Origin: an uncultured Lachnospiraceae bacterium
Lineage (GTDB): Bacteria > Bacillota > Clostridia > Lachnospirales > Lachnospiraceae
Assembly (NCBI GenBank): GCA_947631665.1
Contig: CANRMF010000002.1
Coordinates: 5,885-69,884, forward strand
DNA: 64,000 nt
Direction: 5' to 3'
Part shown: piece after piece, positions 56,068 through 64,000 of the stretch
Layout of the letters: every line of letters starts with the position of its first letter
How positions within the stretch are numbered: position 1 is the stretch's first letter
Notes under the pieces: generated by a model
What the model was told of the DNA's origin: nothing
The model's input: only the letters and a program-made list of their open reading frames with translations
The model's database searches: none
Position numbers and translations under genes: made by a program

Positions 56068-57549
56068 ATGCTTCATTCGTGTATGGGGATTGCCGCAAGC
56101 ATTATGGATACGCTGGCATCATGGTATACTCCGGGAAAAAGTATTTATGCAGTTTTAGGAACAATTATGGCAGTTTTCGGGATTGTCGATAAACCTTTTA
56201 AACTGATAGGTCTTTTTTTCACCAGAAAATTTAAAAAAGCAGAAAATTATCATAAATATGCGGTGCTGATTCCGGCAAGAAATGAGCAGGCGGTGATAGG
56301 AAACCTCATAGACAGTATTCACAAGCAGGATTATCCGCAGGAATTGATTACGATTTTTGTCGTTGCCGATAACTGTACAGACGCCACTGCGCAGGTTTCC
56401 AGAGAAAAAGGAGCAGTCTGTTACGAGCACAACAATCCTGATGAGAGAACCAAAGGATTTGCCCTGCGGTACTTATTTGAGAAAATCAAAGAAGATTATG
56501 GGATTGAGGCATTTGAGGGATATTTTGTTTTTGACTCTGACAACCTGTTAAAGGGGGATTACATTTCCAGAATGAACGACTCTTTTGACGCAGGAGAAAA
56601 AATTATCACTTCTTACCGGAATACAAAGAATTTCACAGAAAACTGGATTGCATCGACCTATGCGCTGCATTGGCTGCGGTCTATCAGGGAACGGCACAGG
56701 GCAAGGTCTGTGCTTCATCTTGCCACGAACATTCAGGGAACGGGCTTTTTATTTGCAAATGAAATTGTCAGAGACGGTTGGAAATATACTTCGCTGACAG
56801 AAGACAGGGCCCTGACTGCGGACAGCGTTGTGGCGGGTTATGAGATTACATATAATCACGACGCGATATTTTATGATGAGCAGCCGGTGAGTCTGAAGGT
56901 TGCATTAAGACAGAGATTGCGTTGGTCGAAGGGACATCTTCAGGCGTTTGCAGAGAGCGGCTGGTATCTGTTTAAACATATTTTTGTTGACAGGCACACC
57001 AAGTTAAAAGAGGGCGAGCATTGGTATCATTATCTGCTCCGCACAATCCGTTACCGCTTTATGTCGTTTGATACGTTTTGCCTGATGCTGCCGAAAAATG
57101 TCATCAATCTGGCAAAATGGATTATTTTTAAACTGATTTTGTTCCCATGTATGTGCTGGAAGTGCGGTATCAGCCTTTCACTCATCAATGCGGGTACATT
57201 TTTGGACGACGTGCTGCACTTTATACTGGGCGACAGGATTTATGAGACGCAGCCGGGAGTGAAGGCATATTTCATGGGAGTGCTTCTCATTATCTGGCTC
57301 CGGGTGCTGTACCGTATCGGACGTTATTTTGTAAATATTTTAGAGGCGGTATACCTGTTTATTATCGAACACCGCAGACTGGTCAGAATGAGCATTTGGA
57401 AAAAAATACTGTACTGCTTCACATGGCCGGTATTTGATATCATAGGAAGATATACACAGTATATCGCGCTGTTTAAAAAGGTAGAGTGGAAGCCGATTCC
57501 TCATGAGAGTAAAGTAACGATAGATGATATCACAATGAACAGTAAATAA
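56068..57549 (+). CDS. Membrane-embedded processive family-2 glycosyltransferase (QxxRW type)
   Basis: VLIPARNE...VVADNCTD, FDSDN (DxD), TEDRAL (TED) and QRLRWSKG (QxxRW), plus several C-terminal TM helices. Confidence 0.85.
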   Translation: MLHSCMGIAASIMDTLASWYTPGKSIYAVLGTIMAVFGIVDKPFKLIGLFFTRKFKKAENYHKYAVLIPARNEQAVIGNLIDSIHKQDYPQELITIFVVADNCTDATAQVSREKGAVCYEHNNPDERTKGFALRYLFEKIKEDYGIEAFEGYFVFDSDNLLKGDYISRMNDSFDAGEKIITSYRNTKNFTENWIASTYALHWLRSIRERHRARSVLHLATNIQGTGFLFANEIVRDGWKYTSLTEDRALTADSVVAGYEITYNHDAIFYDEQPVSLKVALRQRLRWSKGHLQAFAESGWYLFKHIFVDRHTKLKEGEHWYHYLLRTIRYRFMSFDTFCLMLPKNVINLAKWIIFKLILFPCMCWKCGISLSLINAGTFLDDVLHFILGDRIYETQPGVKAYFMGVLLIIWLRVLYRIGRYFVNILEAVYLFIIEHRRLVRMSIWKKILYCFTWPVFDIIGRYTQYIALFKKVEWKPIPHESKVTIDDITMNSK

Positions 57550-57592
57550 AAAAACACCATTGGTAACAGTTGATTACCAGTGGTGTTTTTTA
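57549..57592. terminator. Bidirectional terminator between the convergent GT2 and LtaS-like genes
   Basis: AAAAAACACCATTGGTAA pairs with TTACCAGTGGTGTTTTTT. Confidence 0.8.
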
Positions 57593-59491
57593 TTATTCTG
57601 AAGAACTGAAATAGTTGAATTTCAAGGTTAAATCGTTTTGCCTGATTAAATCTCCAATCTTGGAAGAAATCTCCTGAATTTTGCTGTTTTTCATCTTTTT
57701 GCCCTGCGTCACTCTGCCGTTTTCAACATAAGAGCTGCCGTCGTACCATGAATAGTCGCTGAAGAAGGCGTATCCTTTCCGCTTTGGATTTAGGGCGTCA
57801 GAACCCAGATAATAATTGCTGTTGTAATCAATCCCAAACAGATTTAATACGGTCGGCAGAATATCCATCTGCATTGTGACTTCATCAATCTTTGCGGAAT
57901 GGAAAATCTTTTTGTCGCCGCACCAGATAAAAAACGGGGTGTGGTTAATCAGATTATTTGACGTTTCCTTGTGTTTGTCTAAAATACTCTTATCCTCAAT
58001 CGTGTAGAGGTAATGGTCTGCATAAGCCACAATGACAGTGTTTTTATAAAGCTTGCGTTCTTTTAATTTTTGAAGCATCAGGCCGACCATCTTGTCGGTT
58101 TCTTCCACGTCGAGGTATACACAGTCTTCCTCAGAAAGTTCTGGGATATTGTCGCCGTATTTTTCCTCAGCCAGCAGTTGTCCCACGCCTTTTTCCGTCG
58201 TAAACGGAGTATGCGGCGTATAGGTGATAATATAATCCACAAACAGTTCGCCCGGCTTGTGCTCAAACATCAATTCCTCAAAGGTTTTGTTGTTTATCAG
58301 TTCGCGGTCGAGTTTGTAAGAGTCGTCATCATAATTGTTGATATCAATGAGTCCATAATAGTTGTCAAAGCCCCAGCTCTCATAGTTGATGGCTCTGGAA
58401 TAAAATTCACCGCTGTTCATATGGAACGCGTTTACCCTGTAATTCTCTTTCTTAAACATGCGCGGCATCGAATATGGGAAAGAATTACTGTTGTAATTGT
58501 ATACATTTTCAATGAAGGAAATCGGCGTCGTAAATCCGGTGTTGACTGCAAACTCTGAGTTGAATGTAGAGCCTCCGCCGGTGTAAATGGAGTAGTGGTT
58601 TTTAAAGTTAATTCCTTCTTTGCGCAGTTTGTAAAGATTTGGCGTGTGCTTTTCGCTCAGCGCCCATGAATCCATTCCCTCCAACTGGAGAAAGATTACA
58701 TTTTTTCCCTCAAAAAGACCGGTATAGTCATTTGGCGTTTTCGTATCTTCTGCGGAATAAATTCCGTCTAAGAAGGCCTTGTCTTCTTTGCTGATTTTTT
58801 CTTCCGGTTTGATGTATTCAATATAAAAACTCCGCGCCGTATATTCGTAAAGTCCGGATACTTTCATGCTTTTATTCGGCTCGTTAAAGTTTTCATAGAC
58901 AACGCGGTCGTTTTTGAAGTTGTTCCATTTCAGATTGTCTCCCTTTGCCCCGTAAAGAAACGGCGCCAGCGTATGCAGGATTAAAAAGGCGACAATGACA
59001 ATTCCAAACCGCTTAAAGTGATAATGCTTGGTTTTCGGCCACTTGATAAAGATTACCAGAGCCAGTATAAAGATGAAAAACGCAAAAATATAAATGAGTT
59101 TATTCGCGCCCAAAACAGCATCTAACAGATAATCTTTTCCCTCTCCGGTAGACTGAAGTAAATTGAAACTGAAATAAAAAGAAGTCATGGAGTAATAAAC
59201 GTTGTTTACCAGATATAATGAGAACGCAATAAAAAAGAAAATCCAGTAAAGAAGCTTTTGGATAATCCCTTTAAAGCTCATAATAATTCCGACAAACAAA
59301 AATATCCAAAGAAAAGTAAAAATATTTGGAATTGGGAAAAAGACGGGATAATAACTGATATGTCCCATCAGACGCGTTATAATATCAAGCAGAAAATACG
59401 GAACAGACATATAGAAAGCATATCTGTTTCTGTGAACCCAGCGCTTTGCCTTTTTTTTGTATATTCGGACTCGCCTTTTAAAATTATTCAT
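57593..59491 (-). CDS. LTA synthase family (sulfatase-like phosphoglycerol transferase) membrane protein
   Basis: The N-terminal multi-TM region is followed by an extracellular sulfatase domain (FLQLEGMDSW, GGGSTFNSEF, YADHY). The start is moved to ATG 59491 (AGGAGA 7 nt upstream). The 86 extra N-terminal codons in the ORF track look non-coding. Confidence 0.85.
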   Translation of the reverse strand: MNNFKRRVRIYKKKAKRWVHRNRYAFYMSVPYFLLDIITRLMGHISYYPVFFPIPNIFTFLWIFLFVGIIMSFKGIIQKLLYWIFFFIAFSLYLVNNVYYSMTSFYFSFNLLQSTGEGKDYLLDAVLGANKLIYIFAFFIFILALVIFIKWPKTKHYHFKRFGIVIVAFLILHTLAPFLYGAKGDNLKWNNFKNDRVVYENFNEPNKSMKVSGLYEYTARSFYIEYIKPEEKISKEDKAFLDGIYSAEDTKTPNDYTGLFEGKNVIFLQLEGMDSWALSEKHTPNLYKLRKEGINFKNHYSIYTGGGSTFNSEFAVNTGFTTPISFIENVYNYNSNSFPYSMPRMFKKENYRVNAFHMNSGEFYSRAINYESWGFDNYYGLIDINNYDDDSYKLDRELINNKTFEELMFEHKPGELFVDYIITYTPHTPFTTEKGVGQLLAEEKYGDNIPELSEEDCVYLDVEETDKMVGLMLQKLKERKLYKNTVIVAYADHYLYTIEDKSILDKHKETSNNLINHTPFFIWCGDKKIFHSAKIDEVTMQMDILPTVLNLFGIDYNSNYYLGSDALNPKRKGYAFFSDYSWYDGSSYVENGRVTQGKKMKNSKIQEISSKIGDLIRQNDLTLKFNYFSSSE

Positions 59492-59797
59492 CAGTGTTTC
59501 TCCTGTATATAAAACCGTCAAGACCTGTCTGTCCGGCAGAATTGAATGCTTTAGAGACAGGTAAATATATGCCGTCATCAAAAATTGTATTACATATTTA
59601 TTATATAAAGAATGAAAAATAATACAAGAGTTTTTGTCGGACGATACTGCGTATCGGATTGCAAAATAATAGGTGAAAAGAGCGTTTGCAAGATGTTTTG
59701 AAGCACTGACCGGGCGGGTACAGTTCTGCTTAGGTTGCAAAATTTTCATAAATACAATACAATAGATTTTTGAAGTCAGTAAGCTTAGGAGAGTATT

Positions 59798-60643
59798 GTG
59801 AGCATATTAAAGATAAAAAATCTGACACACGATTTTAAAGATGAAGAAAAAAACGAAAAAATCCGGGCGGTAGACAATGTGAGCCTTGATGTTTCTGAGG
59901 GGCAGTTTATTGCAATTTTAGGACATAACGGTTCCGGAAAATCTTCGCTGGCAAAGCATCTGAACGCATTGCTTCTGCCGACGGAGGGTACGGTGTGGGT
60001 TGACGGGATTGACACGCAGGACGGGAAACATCTGTGGGATATCCGTCAGACTGCGGGAATGGTATTTCAAAATCCGGACAATCAGATTGTCGCGACGATG
60101 GTAGAGGAAGACGTGGCGTTTGGCCCTGAAAATATGCAGGTGCCTACGGCGGATATCTGGAAGCGCGTAGAGCGCGCGCTCGGCGCAGTCAATATGACAA
60201 AATTCCGCCACAAGTCGCCTCTGAAGCTGTCCGGCGGGCAGAAACAGCGGGTGGCGATTGCCGGTATTATCGCGATGGAGCCGAAGTGCATTATATTGGA
60301 CGAGCCGACGGCGATGCTTGATCCGGTGGGCAGAAAAGAAGTTTTGGAAACCCTGCATCTTTTGAATAAGGAAAAAAATATTACGATTATCTTAATTACG
60401 CATCATATGAGCGAGACGGTGGAAGCCGATTATATCTATGTGATGAATCATGGGCGCGTGTTACTGAAAGGAAAGCCGAAGCAGGTATTTTCCGAAGTCC
60501 GGACAATGAAATCCATCGGGCTTGAAGTACCGCAGGTAACGGAACTCGCTTATATGCTCAAGCAGGACGGATTGGAAATTCCGGACGGAATTTTGACTGT
60601 TACGGAATTGCTGGAAGCGTTGGAGCATCTGAAAAAGAAATAG
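59798..60643 (+). CDS. ecfA1: ECF transporter ATPase component EcfA1
   Basis: GHNGSGKSS Walker A, LSGGQKQRVAIAG signature, ILDEPTAMLD Walker B. Canonical position. Confidence 0.93.
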   Translation: MSILKIKNLTHDFKDEEKNEKIRAVDNVSLDVSEGQFIAILGHNGSGKSSLAKHLNALLLPTEGTVWVDGIDTQDGKHLWDIRQTAGMVFQNPDNQIVATMVEEDVAFGPENMQVPTADIWKRVERALGAVNMTKFRHKSPLKLSGGQKQRVAIAGIIAMEPKCIILDEPTAMLDPVGRKEVLETLHLLNKEKNITIILITHHMSETVEADYIYVMNHGRVLLKGKPKQVFSEVRTMKSIGLEVPQVTELAYMLKQDGLEIPDGILTVTELLEALEHLKKK

Positions 60644-60652
60644 GAAAGAAAT

Positions 60653-61504
60653 ATGTCAATTCAATTAGAAAATGTCAGTTATGTTTACGGTCAGGGCACC
60701 AGTACCGTAACGCACGCATTAAAGAATATCAATTTGGAAATTAACAGAGGGGAGTTTGTCGCAATCATCGGGCATACCGGTTCGGGAAAGTCTACTTTAA
60801 TCCAGCATTTCAACGGATTGGAAAAGCCGACGCAGGGGCGCGTTTTGTTCGATGGCGAAGATATTGCGGACAGCAAATATGACCTTCGCGCATTGCGGTG
60901 CAAAGTAGGGCTCGTATTTCAGTATCCGGAGCATCAATTGTTTGAAGAAACTGTATTAAAAGACGTCTGTTTCGGCCCGCATAATCAGGGACTTGACAAA
61001 GAGCAGGCAGAGCAGAAAGCAAAAGAGGCGTTGGAGTTGGTAGGAATACGGGAAGAACTGTACGAATTATCGCCGTTTGAACTGTCCGGCGGACAGAAGC
61101 GCAGAGTTGCGATTGCAGGAGTACTTGCGATGGAGCCGGATTATCTGATTTTAGACGAGCCGACAGCAGGTCTGGATCCGGCGGGAAGGGACAAGATTTT
61201 AAACCGCATCAAACGGCTGCATGAGATTCGGAAGATGGCAATTATTCTGGTATCGCACAGCATGGAAGATGTGGCAGAATATGCGAAGCGTTTGATCGTG
61301 ATGAATCAGGGGGAAGTCATGTTTGACGGCGCGCCGGCGGAGATTTTCAAAAATTACAGGGAACTGGAAAAAATAGGACTCGCTGCGCCGCAGATTACTT
61401 ATATCATGCACACATTAAAAGAGCGCGGTATGAATGTCGATGCAGACGCAATCCGATTAGAGGACGCAAAGCAGAGTATTTTAGATTACTTTAAGAAACA
61501 ATGA
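60653..61504 (+). CDS. ecfA2: ECF transporter ATPase component EcfA2
   Basis: GHTGSGKST, LSGGQKRRVAIAG, ILDEPTAGLD. Confidence 0.93.
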   Translation: MSIQLENVSYVYGQGTSTVTHALKNINLEINRGEFVAIIGHTGSGKSTLIQHFNGLEKPTQGRVLFDGEDIADSKYDLRALRCKVGLVFQYPEHQLFEETVLKDVCFGPHNQGLDKEQAEQKAKEALELVGIREELYELSPFELSGGQKRRVAIAGVLAMEPDYLILDEPTAGLDPAGRDKILNRIKRLHEIRKMAIILVSHSMEDVAEYAKRLIVMNQGEVMFDGAPAEIFKNYRELEKIGLAAPQITYIMHTLKERGMNVDADAIRLEDAKQSILDYFKKQ

Positions 61505-61552
61505 AAAAAGCAGTGAGAAAATGATACTGCTTTCATAAGACAGGTAGTTACT

Positions 61553-62383
61553 ATGGCAGAAATTACAATAGGAAATTATTATCCGGAAAACTCGATAATT
61601 CACAAACTGGATCCGAGAGTGAAACTGTTTGGCACGCTGGTACTGATTGTACTGCTTTTTGTCATTAACAATTTTTTCGCTTACGGCGTTATGACGATTT
61701 ATCTGGCTGCCGTTATTAAGGCGTCCAGAGTTCCGTTTAAAAAATTGCTTAAAGGTCTTCGGGCAATTCTGTTTATTCTGATGTTCAGCGTCGTCATCAA
61801 TATTCTGCTCACTGACGGGCACGAACTGTTTCATATCTGGGGGTTGTCCATTACCGGTGAAGGTCTGGTCAGGGGCGCATATATGGCGATTCGTCTGGTG
61901 TATCTCGTTATCGGAACGTCTATTATGACACTGACGACCACGCCGAATGATTTATCTGACGGATTGGAAAAATCGTTCGGGTTTTTGAAGGCGGTAAAGT
62001 TTCCGGTACATGAAATTGCAATGATTATGTCTCTGGCGCTGCGTTTCATTCCGACGCTGATGGAAGAAATGGATAAAATAACAAAAGCGCAGAAAGCAAG
62101 GGGAGCGGATTTTGAAAGCGGAAATCTGATTAAGCGGGCAAAGAGCCTGATTCCGGTTTTAATTCCTCTTTTTGTTTCTTCTATCCGCAGGGCGCTTGAC
62201 TTGGCGACGGCAATGGAGGCGAGATGTTATCATGGCGGAAACCGTACGAAGATGAAGCCGTTAAAATATGAGCGCAGGGACGGGGCGGCGTACGCCGTTC
62301 AGTTTCTTATGATTGCGATTGTCGTCGGGCTGAATCTCTGCGTGTCGGTAGGAGGAATGGACTGGCTGCTGCCGTTTAAGTAG
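61553..62383 (+). CDS. ecfT: ECF transporter transmembrane component EcfT
   Basis: 276 aa polytopic protein with CbiQ-like ARGADFESG and LDLATAMEARCY motifs. Confidence 0.92.
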   Translation: MAEITIGNYYPENSIIHKLDPRVKLFGTLVLIVLLFVINNFFAYGVMTIYLAAVIKASRVPFKKLLKGLRAILFILMFSVVINILLTDGHELFHIWGLSITGEGLVRGAYMAIRLVYLVIGTSIMTLTTTPNDLSDGLEKSFGFLKAVKFPVHEIAMIMSLALRFIPTLMEEMDKITKAQKARGADFESGNLIKRAKSLIPVLIPLFVSSIRRALDLATAMEARCYHGGNRTKMKPLKYERRDGAAYAVQFLMIAIVVGLNLCVSVGGMDWLLPFK

Positions 62384-62435
62384 AGGCAGTTTCCATCAGT
62401 TTTATTAAACGGAAATTCAAATTGGGAGAAATGTT

Positions 62436-63185
62436 ATGAAACGGGTACGACTGCTGATATCCTATGATGGCACAAATTATTGTGGCTGGCAGGTACAAAA
62501 TAATGGAATTACAGTAGAAGAAGTGCTGAATAAACATCTTTCCGAACTGCTCGGAGAGGAAATCGCGGTGATTGGTGCGAGCAGAACGGATTCGGGCGTT
62601 CATGCGCGCGGCAATGTCGCAGTGTTTGATACCGAAACAAAAATACCGGCAGAAAAAATATCGTTTGCCTTAAATCAAAGGCTGCCTAATGATATCCGGA
62701 TTCAGAAATCCGACGAGGTGCCGTCTGACTGGCACCCGCGCTATCAAGACAGCGTAAAGACCTATGAATATAAAATATTAAACCGGAAATTTCCGGATCC
62801 GCTCAGACGCTTTTACACGCATTTTGTATATATGCCGCTGGATTTGGAAAAAATGCAGCAGGCCGCAGCCTATCTGGTGGGTGAGCACGATTTTGCAAGC
62901 TTCTGTTCTGCAAGAAGTCAGGCAAACAGTACGGTGCGCATTATTTATAGTCTGGAGGTGACAAAGAGCGGCGATGAGATTTCTATTTTAGTTCGAGGCA
63001 ACGGTTTTCTTTATAATATGGTAAGAATTATTGTCGGAACGCTGATGAAAGTCGGACTGGGCGTCTATCCGCCGGAGCATGTCCAAAAAATACTGGAGGC
63101 GGCAGACCGGTATGCGGCAGGGCCGAAAGCGCCGGCGTGCGGACTGACGTTAATCAATATTGAATATCCGGAATCGGAAGAATAG
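62436..63185 (+). CDS. truA: tRNA pseudouridine(38-40) synthase TruA
   Basis: SYDGTNYCGWQVQ, GASRTDSGVHA (catalytic Asp), FLYNMVRIIVGTL. Confidence 0.96.
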   Translation: MKRVRLLISYDGTNYCGWQVQNNGITVEEVLNKHLSELLGEEIAVIGASRTDSGVHARGNVAVFDTETKIPAEKISFALNQRLPNDIRIQKSDEVPSDWHPRYQDSVKTYEYKILNRKFPDPLRRFYTHFVYMPLDLEKMQQAAAYLVGEHDFASFCSARSQANSTVRIIYSLEVTKSGDEISILVRGNGFLYNMVRIIVGTLMKVGLGVYPPEHVQKILEAADRYAAGPKAPACGLTLINIEYPESEE

Positions 63186-63234
63186 ATGCCTGAAAGACTG
63201 TTTGCAAACCACGTATTTAAGGGAAAATTTAATG

Positions 63235-63263
63235 TTGACATGAAAAAATGTTTATTATATAAT
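63235..63263 (+). promoter_or_regulatory. Consensus sigma-A promoter of rplM-rpsI
   Basis: TTGACA (63235-63240), 17-nt spacer, TATAAT (63258-63263). A ~110-nt leader follows and might be an L13-type autoregulatory leader. Not verified. Confidence 0.7.
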
Positions 63264-63378
63264 AATTATCTGTGACATGTCATGTGCGCTACAACTATGC
63301 CCAGCCAAAGCCCCGGTACAGCATAGAGGTACGGACATTGAACATAGATATCAAAGAAAATGATTAGGAGGAAGACCA

Positions 63379-63807
63379 ATGAAAACATACATGGCCAGTC
63401 CGGCAGACATTGAAAGAAAATGGTATGTAGTTGACGCTACGGGATATACATTAGGACGTTTGGCTTCAGAAGTTGCCAAAATATTGAGAGGAAAGAACAA
63501 ACCACAGTTCACACCGCATATTGATACAGGCGACTATGTGATTATCACAAATGCTGACCAAATCAAGGTAACAGGAAAGAAATTAGAACAGAAAGTTTAT
63601 TACCATCATTCAGAATATGTTGGTGGTATGAAAGAGAAAACTCTGAAAGAAATGCTTGAAAGAAAGCCGGAAAGAGTTATTGAACTTGCAGTTAAAGGTA
63701 TGCTTCCAAAGGGACCTCTGGGAAGAAGCATGGCAAAGAAACTTTTTGTTTATGCAGGCGCTGAACACCCACATGCAGCTCAGAAGCCTGAGGAATTAAC
63801 ATTTTAG
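63379..63807 (+). CDS. rplM: 50S ribosomal protein L13
   Basis: [41 protein letters not shown]. Confidence 0.98.
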   Translation: MKTYMASPADIERKWYVVDATGYTLGRLASEVAKILRGKNKPQFTPHIDTGDYVIITNADQIKVTGKKLEQKVYYHHSEYVGGMKEKTLKEMLERKPERVIELAVKGMLPKGPLGRSMAKKLFVYAGAEHPHAAQKPEELTF

Positions 63808-63830
63808 TTCACTGAAAGGAGGAAATAACG

Positions 63831-64000
63831 ATGGCAGATAAATTTTATGGAACAGGTAGAAGAAAAAGCAGTGTAGCCAGAGTATATGCTGCACCCGGAA
63901 AAGGAAAAATTACAGTCAATAAAAGAGATATTGACGATTATTTCGGATTAGAGACATTAAAGGTTATCGTACGTCAGCCATTAGTAGCAGTTGATGCGGC
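63831..64000 (+). CDS. rpsI: 30S ribosomal protein S9 (partial; 3' end beyond window)
   Basis: The hand translation from ATG 63831, after AAAGGAGG, is [39 protein letters not shown]. Confidence 0.95.
   Translation, partial: MADKFYGTGRRKSSVARVYAAPGKGKITVNKRDIDDYFGLETLKVIVRQPLVAVDA

Noticed and set aside
55920-56192. 90-aa ORF (MTARRLTGGQ... repeated) upstream of the GT2 gene
   Set aside because: It is generated by the duplicated 42-nt hairpin motif and overlaps the GT2 start. There is no RBS.
59492-59749. 86-codon N-terminal extension of the LtaS-like ORF
   Set aside because: The extension has no RBS and a non-protein-like sequence. ATG 59491 has AGGAGA at ideal spacing and begins the basic, TM-rich N-terminus typical of the family.

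Overview
This is a 64-kb chromosomal segment from a low-GC Gram-positive anaerobe. Gene content and synteny look Clostridia/Lachnospiraceae-like. No rRNA or tRNA genes were seen.

(1) nt 1-13488 hold the 3' 13.5 kb of a giant surface-protein gene. Its reading frame is already open at nt 1, so the 5' end lies off-window. It encodes about 15-16 tandem ~200-aa modules and ends in an M26/Zmp-like HExxH metalloprotease.

(2) nt 13.6-23.4 kb hold a complete S. pyogenes-style type II-A CRISPR-Cas locus:
- a minus-strand tracrRNA that I predict from the sequence;
- cas9, cas1, cas2 and csn2;
- a leader ending in ATTTGAG;
- 35 x 36-nt repeats plus decayed trailer repeats.

The most unusual feature of the window is in the trailer. 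One spacer slot is occupied by a 1,051-nt stop-free fragment of a foreign (phage/ICE polyvalent-protein-like) gene. It is bounded by a 9-10-nt repeat-derived direct duplication.

(3) nt 23.6-39 kb are mixed housekeeping and accessory genes:
- an ECF-type sigma factor with a long C-terminal extension, and a PepSY lipoprotein;
- a thioesterase, an L,D-transpeptidase, an S1-domain protein and a DUF523 protein;
- a BspA-type LRR surface protein;
- an orphan Spo0A C-terminal-domain protein divergent from an XRE/S24-like repressor;
- trkA, trkH, a Sfp-type PPTase, a SAM methyltransferase and a DUF4190 protein.

(4) nt 39.1-64 kb hold the S10-spc-alpha ribosomal protein cluster: rpsJ through rplQ, with secY, adk, map, infA, rpmJ and rpoA. 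It is followed by ecfA1-ecfA2-ecfT-truA-rplM-rpsI. This conserved block carries three oddities:
- a GC-rich 75-nt tandem-repeat island between infA and rpmJ;
- a 345-nt spacer between rpmJ and rpsM;
- a two-gene insertion (GT2 glycosyltransferase and LtaS-like gene) between rplQ and ecfA1, preceded by a duplicated double-hairpin motif.

All calls come from reading the translations and the sequence by eye. Family assignments are motif-based recall, not database searches.
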